Source: Candidatus Bathyarchaeia archaeon
GTDB lineage: Archaea > Thermoproteota > Bathyarchaeia > Bathyarchaeales > Bathycorpusculaceae
DNA: 64,000 nucleotides
Reading direction: 5' to 3'
Assembly (NCBI GenBank): GCA_049970895.1
Contig: JBMFMB010000003.1
Coordinates: forward strand, 9,121-73,120
Part shown: positions 46,780 to 58,130 of the stretch, in pieces
Position numbering within the stretch: the stretch's first letter is position 1
Layout of the letters: every line of letters starts with the position of its first letter
Position numbers and translations under genes: made by a program
The notes under the pieces: generated by a model
Database searches by the model: none
What the model saw: only the letters and a program-made list of their open reading frames with translations
What the model was told of the DNA's origin: nothing

Positions 46780-47697
46780 ATGCTAGTAACTAACAAGGAA
46801 CTATTAAAAAAAGCCCAAAAGGAAGCCTACGCGGTCGGAGCCTTCAACATCCAAAACCTAGAAAGCTTACTAGCAGTTGTAGAAGCCGCTGTTGAGGAGA
46901 AATCGCCAGTAATTGTGGCTATAACGCCAAGTGCCATAAAATATGGTGGGCTAAACTATTTGGCGGGACTTGTTAAAACAGCAGCCGAATCAGTGCTCGT
47001 GCCCATGTCCTTGCACCTTGACCATGGCGAGGACGTTGAAATCGTCAAAAAATGCCTAGAGGCTGGCTTCACATCAGTGATGATTGATGGCTCCCATTTG
47101 CCCTTTGAGGAGAACATAGCCCTAACAAAACGCGTCGTAGACATAGCCCATCTAAAGGGCGTTTCGGTTGAGGGTGAACTTGGAAAGCTAGCGGGAGTCG
47201 AAGAAAAAACAGTTGAGGAAAGAGAGGCTGTCCTAACAGACCCAAGGGAAGCCGAAGAATTCGTGAGGCGGACGGGTGTGGATGCGTTGGCGGTTTCAAT
47301 TGGCACTTCTCATGGCGCATACAAGTTTAAGGGAGAACCCCAACTCGACTTCGAAAGACTGAAGCAAATACGCGAAAGAGTTGAAGTGCCACTGGTTCTG
47401 CATGGCGCATCCAGTGTTCCCCAATGGATAATCGAGAAAGCCACAAAATATGGGGCGGAACTAGCCGGAGCAAAGGGCATACCAGAAGACCATATAAAGA
47501 GGGCTATAGCCTTGGGCATAACAAAGATAAACATAGACACAGACCTACGGTTGACATTTACGGCCACTGTCCGTGAGGTTTTGGCAAAATCGTCAAAAGA
47601 ATTTGATCCCAGAAAAATCCTTGGACCAGCAAAGGAAGCCATGAAAGATGTTGTGAAAGCGAAAATGCGCCTTTTTGGAAGTTCTGGAAAGGCATAG
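46780..47697 (+). CDS. fba: Class II fructose-1,6-bisphosphate aldolase
   Basis: LHLDHG, SVMIDGS, IGTSHGAYK, LVLHGAS and KINIDTD. Confidence 0.96.
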   Translation: MLVTNKELLKKAQKEAYAVGAFNIQNLESLLAVVEAAVEEKSPVIVAITPSAIKYGGLNYLAGLVKTAAESVLVPMSLHLDHGEDVEIVKKCLEAGFTSVMIDGSHLPFEENIALTKRVVDIAHLKGVSVEGELGKLAGVEEKTVEEREAVLTDPREAEEFVRRTGVDALAVSIGTSHGAYKFKGEPQLDFERLKQIRERVEVPLVLHGASSVPQWIIEKATKYGAELAGAKGIPEDHIKRAIALGITKINIDTDLRLTFTATVREVLAKSSKEFDPRKILGPAKEAMKDVVKAKMRLFGSSGKA

Positions 47698-47718
47698 GAA
47701 AATGGAGGGAAAAGGGAA

Positions 47719-48747
47719 ATGCGGATAGGCGTATTGAGTGGTGGGGGAGACGCCCCGGGCATAAATGCTGTTATAAGGGCTGTTGTCCGTCGTGGAATAC
47801 AAACATATCAAGACGAAATAGTGGGCATTAGGGAGGGTTGGCGGGGGCTTCTTGAAGGCTATTTTGTTCCGCTGGATTTTGAGGCTGTTGCCGGCATCCT
47901 CCCAAGGGGAGGCTCCATCCTCGGCACTTCAAGGACAAACCCTTTCAAACGTGAAAGGGGACCAGAACAAATAATGGAAAACGCCAAAAAAGCCGGTTTA
48001 GAAGCGGTTATAGCCATAGGTGGAGACGACACCCTAAGCGTAGCCCACAAGATGGCTGATTACGGGCTTAAATGCGTTGGCGTCCCCAAAACGATAGACA
48101 ACGACTTGGCTGGAACAGACTACACCTTCGGCTTTCACACCGCTGTGGCCATAGCAACAGAAGCCCTAGACCGCCTTCACAGCACAGCGGAAGCCCACAA
48201 CCGAGTTATAATCCTAGAAGTCATGGGACGTTACACTGGGCACATAGCTTTGGCTGCCGGACTCGCCGGAGGGGCGGACGTCATCCTCATACCTGAAAAG
48301 CCTTTCGACATTGATGAAGTCTGCGAATATATTAGGCGGAGACAAAAGCGGGGAAGAAACTTCAGCCTAATAGTGGTTGCTGAAGGAGCAAAACCAAAAG
48401 GCGGTAGGGAGATAGTTTACAGCGAACGAATAGACGAGTTTGGCCACATAAGCCTTGGCGGGATAGGTTATTTTTTGGCTAAGGAGATTGAGCAGCGAAC
48501 CGGCATAGAAACCAGAGTGGTTGTTTTGGGACACTTGCAGCGGGGTGGCTCACCAACAGCCTTCGACCGCATCCTAGCCACAAGATTTGGAGTGGCAGCC
48601 GTAGACCTAGCCCACCAAGGGAAGTTTGGCTACATGGTGGCTCTTCAAGGAAGCAAAATCGTGCCAGTACCTCTAAAAAATGTTGTTGGCAAAAGGAAAA
48701 TGGTTGACATTGAACTTTACGAGCTTGCCAGCGTTTTCTTCGGCTAA
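47719..48747 (+). CDS. pfp: PfkA-family phosphofructokinase, PPi-type signature
   Basis: GGDAPG, GGDDT, PKTIDND, EVMGR and GHLQRGG. Confidence 0.88.
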   Translation: MRIGVLSGGGDAPGINAVIRAVVRRGIQTYQDEIVGIREGWRGLLEGYFVPLDFEAVAGILPRGGSILGTSRTNPFKRERGPEQIMENAKKAGLEAVIAIGGDDTLSVAHKMADYGLKCVGVPKTIDNDLAGTDYTFGFHTAVAIATEALDRLHSTAEAHNRVIILEVMGRYTGHIALAAGLAGGADVILIPEKPFDIDEVCEYIRRRQKRGRNFSLIVVAEGAKPKGGREIVYSERIDEFGHISLGGIGYFLAKEIEQRTGIETRVVVLGHLQRGGSPTAFDRILATRFGVAAVDLAHQGKFGYMVALQGSKIVPVPLKNVVGKRKMVDIELYELASVFFG

Positions 48748-49706
48748 GTTGCAAGGGTTTTAGCCAATCCCAAAAGCCGCGTGTCTAGAGGCTTTTCTTT
48801 ACTGCAAACTTCTTTTAGGCTTATGCTCCTAATTTCGCCCTTCTGCAAGCCAACCACACAGTTTCCAACACCACTAGCCAGAAGGTTAACAGCCTCATTT
48901 GCAAATAGGCTTGCCAGTAGTCGGCTTCTGGCGGTTGGGCTTCCACCCCGCTGAGCGTAGCCAACAATGCTTAATCGAACCTCTGCACCAGTGTTCGCCT
49001 CAATTTCTTCGGCTATTTTGCGGGTGTCGCCCACACCCTCAGCAGCAACAATTATGCCAGACCGTTTGCCCTTAGCCGCATTCTCCTTAACAGTCTTGAA
49101 AACCTCTTCCATTTTTACGGGGGCTTCTGGAACCAAGATGACTTCGGCGCCAACCGTTAAGCCGACAGTCAAAGCTAGAAAGCCTCTTCGCCTTCCCATG
49201 ACCTCTACGACGAAGATTCTTTCGTGGGATATGGCTGTGTCACGGATTTTGTCTATTTCCGAAACAGCTGTATTAACAGCCGTGTCAAAACCTATGGTTT
49301 CATCAACGCCATAAACATCATTATCTATCGTGGCTGGAACACCAACCATCAAAGCGTCTGTTTCACGGCTAAGCTCCAAGGCGCCCCTAAAAGAGCCATC
49401 CCCACCAATAACCACCAAACCATCCACGTTGTCAGCAGCCAAATTATCAGCAGCCTTTCTAATGCCTTCCCGAGTTTTAAACTCTGGACAACGAGAAGTC
49501 AAAAGGATGGTGCCGCCCAACTGAATTATCCCACCAACAGAGCGCGGAGTCAAACGCCTAAAATGATTATTAATTAAGCCCTCCCAGCCCCTTTCAAAAC
49601 CCAGAACCTCGAAGCCCATGGCACTCGCCAAACGAACAACACCCCTAATAGCAGCATTCATACCAGGAGCATCCCCACCACTGGTGACAACACCCAACGT
49701 TTTCAT
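48744..49706 (-). CDS. pfkA: PfkA-family phosphofructokinase, ATP-type signature
   Basis: TSGGDAPGMN, GGDGS, PATIDND and EVMGR; GGAGG SD before ATG 49706. Confidence 0.9.
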   Translation of the reverse strand: MKTLGVVTSGGDAPGMNAAIRGVVRLASAMGFEVLGFERGWEGLINNHFRRLTPRSVGGIIQLGGTILLTSRCPEFKTREGIRKAADNLAADNVDGLVVIGGDGSFRGALELSRETDALMVGVPATIDNDVYGVDETIGFDTAVNTAVSEIDKIRDTAISHERIFVVEVMGRRRGFLALTVGLTVGAEVILVPEAPVKMEEVFKTVKENAAKGKRSGIIVAAEGVGDTRKIAEEIEANTGAEVRLSIVGYAQRGGSPTARSRLLASLFANEAVNLLASGVGNCVVGLQKGEIRSISLKEVCSKEKPLDTRLLGLAKTLAT

Positions 49707-49804
49707 CTGGCAACCTCCACCATAACTTCTCCAAAGCCTTAAAACAAGTTCCACCCATCAAAATAAATGACTTCCCATCCAGCCAAATGGAGGAGGATTA
49801 AAAC

Positions 49805-50134
49805 TTGGAAAAAGAGCACATAATCGTCCTAGTCACAACACCAAACAAGGAAGAGGCAGAAAAAATTGCCGGTTCACTGTTGAATGAAAGGCTTATTGCG
49901 TGCGCCAACATAATCGGTCCAGTGCACTCGCTTTTCTGGTGGCAAGGCAAAATAGACAAAGCCCAAGAACACCTAATCCTAATGAAAACCAGAAAAGACC
50001 TATTCAACAAACTCGCCGAGAAAGTGAAAGCCCTCCACAGCTACCAAGTCCCAGAAATCATAGCCACACCAATAGTGAATGGCTTCAAACCATATATGGA
50101 ATGGCTTGAAAGCATCCTTAGAACGAGCCTGTAA
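49805..50134 (+). CDS. cutA: Divalent-cation tolerance protein CutA
   Basis: LIACAN, S.FWWQG and HSYQVPEI. Confidence 0.93.
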   Translation: MEKEHIIVLVTTPNKEEAEKIAGSLLNERLIACANIIGPVHSLFWWQGKIDKAQEHLILMKTRKDLFNKLAEKVKALHSYQVPEIIATPIVNGFKPYMEWLESILRTSL

Positions 50135-50190
50135 TGTGGAAATGTCAAAGTATTTAAAGTGATTTATGAACTACTTATTTAGGTTTAACA

Positions 50191-50550
50191 ATGGGTTTCA
50201 CGTATGTTAAGGTGAAAGTGGTTAATCCTCTAACTCCGACAAAGTCGGAAGATGTTGAATTATCGGTGGATAGCGGAGCCATTTTCACCTCTATACCCGG
50301 CGAGGTTCTAAAAAGTTTAGGTTTAAAGCCTGTTGACCGTGAAAAGCTTAAGGTTTACGGCGGAGCGGTTGTCGAACGGGAGATTGGGTGGGCTTTAATC
50401 GAGTATGGAGGTAAGCGTAGGGTTGTGCCCGTGATTTTCGGAGAAAAAGAAGACACCCCAATACTTGGTGCAACAAGCTTAGAATCCTTGGGTTTTCAAG
50501 TTGACCCGGTGACCAAAAAACTGAAGCCTATAGAATTCTTGATGATATAA
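50191..50550 (+). CDS. Retropepsin-like (clan AA) aspartyl protease
   Basis: VDSGA and ILGATSLESLG..VDP. Confidence 0.85.
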   Translation: MGFTYVKVKVVNPLTPTKSEDVELSVDSGAIFTSIPGEVLKSLGLKPVDREKLKVYGGAVVEREIGWALIEYGGKRRVVPVIFGEKEDTPILGATSLESLGFQVDPVTKKLKPIEFLMI

Positions 50551-50623
50551 AACTCGTATTGCTTGCCACTTGAGATGGTGAAAGGTAAAGTTTTATAGTT
50601 TTGAATATGCTCATGAATGTTTT

Positions 50624-50943
50624 GGCGGTGGGTCTTAGGCGGGGGGCTAGGGGTCCCCTGTACCGTAAACCCTCTATATGACGGGCCGAAAGCTGAGGCT
50701 GAGGCGCCCGTGGCCACCCAAAACCCCATTTCCGAAGCAGTGACTATCCGTCCCTTGGGGCTGACGGGACGCTGGGCAGCTTCCGTAGGGAAGCCTGTTC
50801 CGGCGTTTGCCAGGTGAACCTGGCTAGGCCCGGGAGGGAGCAACCTAAGCCTGGACGTTCGGCGCTCAAGGGGGTGCGGGTACGAGTGTAGGGTTTGGGG
50901 GAGTGGGTGGATTCTGGGCGTCGAACCTCAGTGACCCACCGCC
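50624..50943 (+). ncRNA. ffs: Archaeal SRP (7S) RNA
   Basis: Terminal helix GGCGGTGGGTC/GACCCACCGCC, Alu domain (TAGGCGGGGGG...GTCCCCTGTA), helix 6 CTTCC-GTAG-GGAAG, helix 8 AGGCCC-GGGA-GGGAGCAACCT; GC-rich; TTTTATA box upstream. Confidence 0.92.
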
Positions 50944-50975
50944 GCTCCTCTAGCCTTTGTTGGAGTTGGCACTGT

Positions 50976-52484
50976 TTGAGCTTAAGTGGAAAGTTCTTGT
51001 GGGGCTTTTCCTCAAGCGGCTTCCAGTTTGAGATGGGTGACCCTTCTGGCAATGGCGTTAATGCCAACACTGACTGGTTTGTTTGGGTTCATGACGCAGA
51101 AAACATACGGCGGGAAATTGTGAGCGGTGATTTGCCAGAAAATGGTATTGATTACTGGCACTTGTACGCGAAAGACCATGAACTTGCGAGGAAGCTTGGG
51201 CTAAACGCTTACAGGATTGGTGTGGAATGGAGCAGAATCTTTCCAAAGGCAACCACAACAGTTCAAGTCGGGGTTGAGAGGGCTTCTGACGGCAATATAT
51301 CGAGGGTTGATGTGGACGATAAAGCCATGGACGAGCTGGAGAAAATGGCGGACAAGGAGGCTTTAAACCATTATAGGCTAATTATAGAAGATTTGAGGGC
51401 GAAGGGCTTCAAGGTTTTCGTCTGCCTAAACCATTTTACGCTTCCCCTATGGATTCACAACCCGCAGGTTGTGCGGGCGACAAGGCTTAGGCGTGGTCCA
51501 AAAGGCTGGCTTGAAGAAAACACCATAATCGAGTTTGTAAAGTATGCCGCCTTCATGGCTTGGAGTTTAGGCGACTTGGTGGACAATTGGGCAACCCTAA
51601 ACGAGCCGATGGCTGTCTGCGAAGCGGGCTACATGATGGCGCAGTCTGGCTTCCCACCAGGCGTAAACAGTTTCATGGCTGCTAAGAGGGCTGCAAAAAA
51701 CATGGTTTTGGCGCATGCCCACGCCTATAAGGCGATAAAACGTTGGGACAATGTGAAGGCTGACGGTGACATCCCAAGCCCAGCCTATGTTGGGCTTATC
51801 CACAACGTGATTCCAACCCACCCCCTAAACGAAAGCGAAAAATTCGATGTTCAAGCTGCGCGTTTTATGGACAACTTGCATAACCAGTTTTTCCCAAGGG
51901 CTGTTGCCGAAGGCTGGCTGGACGAAAACCTAAACGGCGTAAAAGAAAAGTGAAGTAAAGGGCTATTTAGCTAACCGCTTGGACTGGCTTGGCGTAAACT
52001 ATTACACACGTTTCGTGATTAAAGGGAAAAGAAACTTTTTGGCAAAGTTGTTCGCCAAAATCCCCGCAGTTCCAGAAATTGTGCCAAACTATGGTTTTGG
52101 ATGTCAACCCAAAAGCCAATCAGCCGCTGGCAAACCAACATCAAACATGGGATGGGAGATTTACCCAGAGGGCTTGCTTGAAGCCCTAAAGGCTATGGCG
52201 AAATTTGCCAAGCCACTCTTCATAACGGAAAATAGGGATAGCCAACGCCGAAGACAGCATCAGACCAAAATTCCTAGAAGACCACATTATGGTTTTGGAA
52301 AAAGCCATAAAAGAGGAGAAATTAGACGTTAGAGGCTATTTCCACTGGGCTTTGACAGACAATTATGAGTGGGCTAGAGGCTTCAAAATGAAGTTTGGCT
52401 TGTGCGCAGTTGACTTCGAAACTAAAAGGCGGAAAATGCGGGGAAGCGCAAAACCTACAAGAGAATAATTGAGGCAAACACTTG
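50976..52484 (+). pseudogene. GH1 beta-glycosidase (LacS/CelB type), frameshifted
   Basis: FLWG.S.SGFQFE, TLNEP, GVNYY, TEN/GIA and DNYEW; frameshifts near 51950, 52233 and 52453. Confidence 0.88.
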
Positions 52485-52653
52485 AAAAAGCGAAAAAAGA
52501 AAGCAAAAACGCCCAGTGAAGCGTGAAAAAAGTAGAGGGGAGTAGTCAATTTTGCAGTTTGAAAACTTAGATAAAATTGACATTCTGGCTTGCCACCAAC
52601 GGTATGGAAAATGCTAAATTTTTGGGCAGGCGATAGGCTATTGGGTTTAAAGT

Positions 52654-53697
52654 TTGCCTCACAACGAGCTTCGCAAGGACTACATCCTAGACAGATGGGT
52701 GGTAATCGCCACAGAACGCGGACGCAGACCCACAGACTTCGCAAAAAAGGAAAGAGCCCAAGCAAAAACTGGTGTCTGCCCCTTCTGCCCAGGAAACGAG
52801 CACATGACCCCACCAGCACTGCTCGTCTACATGGAAAAAGGCGGAAAAATTGAAAAGGCGAAAGACGAAAACGGCTTTAGGCATAAAAATTGGCTTATCC
52901 GATGTTTCCAAAACCTTTTCCCAGCCTTCAGCCCACCACAAGAAGCTCTAGGCAAAGGGAAAATCATGAAAAACCGAGATTTAGCTTTGGCTCTTGGACA
53001 CCATGAAGTAATAGTGGAGTCGCCAAATCATGATGAACATCCATCAGATGCGAGGCTCCCTCAACTGGTCCATGTTGTAAACGCCTATCTGGACAGGCTC
53101 AGCGAGCTTTCAGCAAAACCATATGTACGTTACGTCTCCATATTCCGCAATCACGGCTTAGAGGCCGGAGCCTCACTTTCTCACGCTCACAGCCAAATAA
53201 TCGCAACACCATTTACACCAAAAATTGTTCGAGAGGAGTTGGCTGCCAGCCGCCAGCACTGGCGCAAGAACGGCAACTGCGTCTTCTGCCAAATCATAGA
53301 GAAAGAGCGTAACAGTCCCCGCTTAATAATGGAAAACTCAGACTTCATGGTTTTTGCGCCATATGCAAGCGCAAACCCCTTAGAATTTTGGATATTCCCC
53401 AAAAAGCATGAGGCTTCACCCATAAAACTCTCGGAGAAGGAGAAGGAAAAAGAAAATTTTGCAAAAACTTTGAAGATATGCCTAGGTGCATTAAAAAATC
53501 TATTAAATGATCCGCCCTACAATTTCGGATTCCATATAGCCCTAGAAAAGGCTGCAAGCCCCTACTACCATTGGCATGTGGAGGTTTACCCAAAACTTGC
53601 CATCTGGGCTGGATTTGAAAAGAGCACAGGCATGTATATTAACACGGTTTCTCCAGAAGCAGCCGCAGAAAGCCTTAGAAAAGCCATATCACCCTAA
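52654..53697 (+). CDS. galT: GalT-family hexose-1-phosphate nucleotidyltransferase
   Basis: R.RRP, CPFCPGNE, AGASLSHAHSQ and AGFE. Confidence 0.9.
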   Translation: MPHNELRKDYILDRWVVIATERGRRPTDFAKKERAQAKTGVCPFCPGNEHMTPPALLVYMEKGGKIEKAKDENGFRHKNWLIRCFQNLFPAFSPPQEALGKGKIMKNRDLALALGHHEVIVESPNHDEHPSDARLPQLVHVVNAYLDRLSELSAKPYVRYVSIFRNHGLEAGASLSHAHSQIIATPFTPKIVREELAASRQHWRKNGNCVFCQIIEKERNSPRLIMENSDFMVFAPYASANPLEFWIFPKKHEASPIKLSEKEKEKENFAKTLKICLGALKNLLNDPPYNFGFHIALEKAASPYYHWHVEVYPKLAIWAGFEKSTGMYINTVSPEAAAESLRKAISP

Positions 53698-55782
53698 AAT
53701 TTTGAGGATTTCCCTCTCAAATGGCGGTCTGAAATAGAGGATGTCTTCAACATAAGCCCTTAATGGTTCAGCCACACTCCACGCTTGGGCAATGCAACCG
53801 CCAGCCTTATGCGGTGGGTCTCCATCATAAACCTCGCTTATGACTCCAAGCCCAGCCACAAAAACCTGCGTTGTTAAAAGCGGCGCGAGAAAGTTTCTGA
53901 AGGCATATTCCCCCGTGTACTCGCCATAACCCTCAACCTTCAAATAGGCCTTAACAAAAGGTCCTAGAAGCCAAGGCCAAACAGTGCCATTGTGGTATGC
54001 TAGGTCTCTGCTTCGCCTATCCCCACAATAAACGCCTACATACATCGGATCGCTTTTTGCAAGGGTTCTTAAACCAAAGGGCGTTAAAAGTTCACGCCGC
54101 GCAACATCAACAACTCTCTCGCTTTTCGCCTTGTCAAGCATGGTGAAATCTAAGGCTACGGCAATAATCTGGTTAGGTCTAATAGACGAGTCGCCAAAGC
54201 CACTTTCGTCAACAACATCAAACAAACAGCCTTTCTCAGAATTCCAAAACTTTGCATTAAAGCTTTCTTTGGCTTTTTCTGCCAAGCTTGCAAATTTTTC
54301 AGCACTGCCAGGCTCTTTAAACTTTCTAGCCAAAATCTCCAGAGTTTTGAGGGCATTAAACCATAAGGCTTGAACCTCAACAGCCTTTCCAGCCCTCGGG
54401 GTAACTGGCTGCCCGTTTACGGCGGTGTCCATCCATGTTAGCTGTGGTCCATGAAGAATAAGCCCATCATCGTCAACGCGGATTTTTGGGTTTGTTCTCT
54501 TCTCTAAGTTTTCGACTATGGCTTTTATGTTTTCCCATAGGTTTTTCTGGACGAATTCAAAGTCGCCAGTATACTTCAAATATTGGAGGACGGCGTTAAC
54601 AAACCATAACGTGGCATCAACAGTATTGTAAACAGGCTTGGCTTCTAAGTCTGAGATAAAGTTTGGAATTAAGCCGTCAACAAGGTGTTGGTTAAATGCT
54701 AGAAAAGTTTGTCTGGCATCCTCAAATCTTCCAGTGACAAGCATGAGCCCTGGCAGGGATATGAATGTGTCTCTGCCCCAGTCCTCAAACCAATGATAGC
54801 CGGCAATAACAGTCCTCCAAGCCTTTTCAAAGTCTCCAACAATAAACGCGTCGGTTGCACAGACAAGCCAGTTAAGCCATTCTTTTGTTTCAACGCCCCT
54901 ATGTTCTTCGTAAAATTTTTCGAGCAGTTGCTCGCGGCGTTCATATTCAGCTTCATACAATTTTTCAGCGTCATACATTGCGGCTGGCATTTCATCCGCC
55001 AATTCCTCAACTCTTGATTCATCTTCGCCAGCAACAACAGTCAACGCAAACCTTTCAGAGGATTTCCTTCCAACTTTTATTTCGAAGAATCCCGGCTGAT
55101 ACCAGTCGTCGAGGTGGCTTTCCCCACGCTGGTGCTCTTCGCGGAAGTAAATTCTCTCAACCCATTTTTCAGCTTCGGCATAGGTTCCATCCGTTGCTTC
55201 TAGAATTATTGTGGCTTGCGGCTTCTCAACGTTAATTTTGACTCTTCTGCCGTATGTTTTCTGGGAGAATTTTGGTGGGTTATGCCATCTATCCACAACC
55301 GAGTGGAAGTGCCTACACGTTACCATCGGAAAAATTCGAACCTCAGTGTCCACTTCGCCAGCGTTAAAGAATTCGTATGCTGTTATGGTGGCGTTCTTTC
55401 CGTATGGCATGAAAAGGGTTTTTGAAAACCTAACATTCTGCACGTTGTAAACATACTTTGGAAACGGTGATAAGTAAAATTCTTGGAGAAGCTCGTGCCC
55501 CTTTGGATATATACCGCTCTGGGACTCGTTGGCAAAGGCTGGATAGAAGGCGTTACCAATCCTGAGCTCCTCATCCAGCTTAGCCACACAAACCCTTCGA
55601 TTTCTCGGCGGGTTAAAAGCCGCCACAAGAACTCCATGATACTTCCTAGTGTTTATTCCTAAAACTGTTGATGATGCATATCCTCCCAAGCCATTTGTTA
55701 CAATCCACTCTTTCTGCAGTGAATCCTCAAAATTTGATAAGGCTTTTCCGTTTAAGTGTATGGACAGCGTAAACCTCTTCAT
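53689..55782 (-). CDS. Glycogen debranching enzyme (amylo-alpha-1,6-glucosidase)
   Basis: EWIVTNGLGGYAS, AGYHWF.DWGRDT, LTWMD, YHNGTVWPW and QAWS. Confidence 0.93.
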   Translation of the reverse strand: MKRFTLSIHLNGKALSNFEDSLQKEWIVTNGLGGYASSTVLGINTRKYHGVLVAAFNPPRNRRVCVAKLDEELRIGNAFYPAFANESQSGIYPKGHELLQEFYLSPFPKYVYNVQNVRFSKTLFMPYGKNATITAYEFFNAGEVDTEVRIFPMVTCRHFHSVVDRWHNPPKFSQKTYGRRVKINVEKPQATIILEATDGTYAEAEKWVERIYFREEHQRGESHLDDWYQPGFFEIKVGRKSSERFALTVVAGEDESRVEELADEMPAAMYDAEKLYEAEYERREQLLEKFYEEHRGVETKEWLNWLVCATDAFIVGDFEKAWRTVIAGYHWFEDWGRDTFISLPGLMLVTGRFEDARQTFLAFNQHLVDGLIPNFISDLEAKPVYNTVDATLWFVNAVLQYLKYTGDFEFVQKNLWENIKAIVENLEKRTNPKIRVDDDGLILHGPQLTWMDTAVNGQPVTPRAGKAVEVQALWFNALKTLEILARKFKEPGSAEKFASLAEKAKESFNAKFWNSEKGCLFDVVDESGFGDSSIRPNQIIAVALDFTMLDKAKSERVVDVARRELLTPFGLRTLAKSDPMYVGVYCGDRRSRDLAYHNGTVWPWLLGPFVKAYLKVEGYGEYTGEYAFRNFLAPLLTTQVFVAGLGVISEVYDGDPPHKAGGCIAQAWSVAEPLRAYVEDILYFRPPFEREILKILG

Positions 55783-56664
55783 TTAGGGCATCAACTTCGC
55801 AATATTTTTGTTTCGGGGTACGGCAAAAAAGTTTGCCACCGGTTCACACTTTGACCTAAAAAGCAGTGCATGAGGCTTTTTCAGACTATATTCGGTCAGT
55901 GTTTCGGCGTACCCCATACCCTTGGCAAAAATCATATCTGCGGACTCGTAAACGTTTAGGAATTCGGCTGAAACCTCTTTTAGGGCTAAGCCAACGGCAT
56001 CCGTCCCAGTTGTCATAACCTTATCCGCAATTTTAATCATGCCTGAAACTTCTGCATCCTCCAAAGTGGCATCGTTTATAACCGGTCCACCCTTAACAGC
56101 CACGATGACCGTTAATCCCATGTTCTTAAGCTGCTCAACAACGAGCGTGTCAAAGACTATTTCGCCAGCATTATCCGTCAAATAAAGCACGGTTCTGGAA
56201 TTTTTTGCAACTTCATAAATTCTGCCAATATCGTCAATAACGAGGTCTTTTCCCGCATCCCTTAGGCTTTTCCTCAAACCTCTAAATGTGAACCTATGTC
56301 CTGGAATGTCGAATTCCATGGTGTTGCCGACCATGGCGCAGAGGCAAGCCCTCTTAAACCTATCCTGCTGTGTGTAGCCCTCCTCAACGAGTTTCCTTGC
56401 ATATGGCAAAAGTTTTAAGGCGTCCTCGTTGCACATGCGCTTGCTTCGCTTATATGGGTCACTGTTTCCAGTAACCCTTTTTATCAAGCGGTCCCTCTTT
56501 GTGCCTAAATCCGCCGGAACAGCAGAGGGCTTAAACTCCTTGCTTAGCATGTGGAGTAGCTCCATCATGGCTCTGAAACGAAGAGCCGGATTGGTTGTCG
56601 CCTCTTTGATTTCAGCTGCTCCTCTGCTGATTATGCATGCCGCACATTCGGCTTCAACTTTCAA
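55783..56664 (-). CDS. DUF89/ARMT1-like damage-control phosphatase
   Basis: ECAAC, DPY...K, GN..F, DNAGE, NDAT and KGMGYAE; start set to TTG 56664. Confidence 0.88.
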   Translation of the reverse strand: MKVEAECAACIISRGAAEIKEATTNPALRFRAMMELLHMLSKEFKPSAVPADLGTKRDRLIKRVTGNSDPYKRSKRMCNEDALKLLPYARKLVEEGYTQQDRFKRACLCAMVGNTMEFDIPGHRFTFRGLRKSLRDAGKDLVIDDIGRIYEVAKNSRTVLYLTDNAGEIVFDTLVVEQLKNMGLTVIVAVKGGPVINDATLEDAEVSGMIKIADKVMTTGTDAVGLALKEVSAEFLNVYESADMIFAKGMGYAETLTEYSLKKPHALLFRSKCEPVANFFAVPRNKNIAKLMP

Positions 56665-56677
56665 GAGGGCTGGTCTC

Positions 56678-57370
<693 letters not shown>

Positions 57371-57450
57371 TCACCAACAATGCTGGTTTTAGAGGCTACA
57401 GTCTAATATCCTTTTAGATTAAAGCAAAGAAAAGAGAGCTTTTTAGACGG

Positions 57451-58005
57451 CTAAGTTCGTCTTCCAGGGACGAAGACTGCCGCTGCGACAACTGTTGTCC
57501 ATAAGCCGTTCTTGTCGCCTGTGGCTGACTGCGTTATATTCGTAGTTTTAATTATCAGTCCGCTTGCCCTGAATTGTTGTTTCCGCTCATCCCAAGCCGT
57601 CTGGGGGTCGAAGGGAATCCCCATAGTGGTTGCCAACATCGTCGCAGCCAAGTCCTCGGCGTAGTCTCCAGCCACCTCGTCTGTCTGCCCAAAGGAGTGG
57701 TGCTCTGACAAATATCCATAATTATTCTTGCCAGACGGGATTGCCACGCCTATTGAGGCGGCAATAAGCCTATGGGGCTCGTTGGTTTGGTTTCTGGCCA
57801 AAACGACAAAGGTTATTTCGCCAGGTCTAAGCATTTTTAGTCCCTTCTCCTTTGGGATGAGCTTGCATCCTGGCGGTATTATGCTTGAAACATTCACTAT
57901 GTTGCAGTGCTGGATGCCAGCGTTTCGCAATGCCAACTCGAAGGATTGGAGTTGTTCCTTATGTTTTCCAACGCCCTTTGTTAGGAAGAAGTATTTTGGG
58001 ATCAT
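57451..58005 (-). CDS. pdaD: Pyruvoyl-dependent arginine decarboxylase
   Basis: SFE.ALR.AGI...N.V.VSSI.P cleavage site and GYLSEH. Confidence 0.92.
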   Translation of the reverse strand: MIPKYFFLTKGVGKHKEQLQSFELALRNAGIQHCNIVNVSSIIPPGCKLIPKEKGLKMLRPGEITFVVLARNQTNEPHRLIAASIGVAIPSGKNNYGYLSEHHSFGQTDEVAGDYAEDLAATMLATTMGIPFDPQTAWDERKQQFRASGLIIKTTNITQSATGDKNGLWTTVVAAAVFVPGRRT

Positions 58006-58130
58006 CTCACTTTTCGCTGTAAAATACGAAAATCAGCTTAAAAGTTTTGTGTTTTCAAAAAGCCAATGCAAATTTTAAAGGGAAAAAGATAACAGAGGTT
58101 TAGGCGTATCTTCTCTCTAGGTTTGGAGCG

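Noticed and set aside
50496-51070. ORFs 50496..50843, 50617..50817, 50744..51070 and the GH1 N-terminal extension from 50895
   Set aside because: Shadows of the GC-rich SRP RNA
58006-58130. Replication origin upstream of cdc6
   Set aside because: Short divergent promoter region without clear ORB repeats or an extended unwinding element
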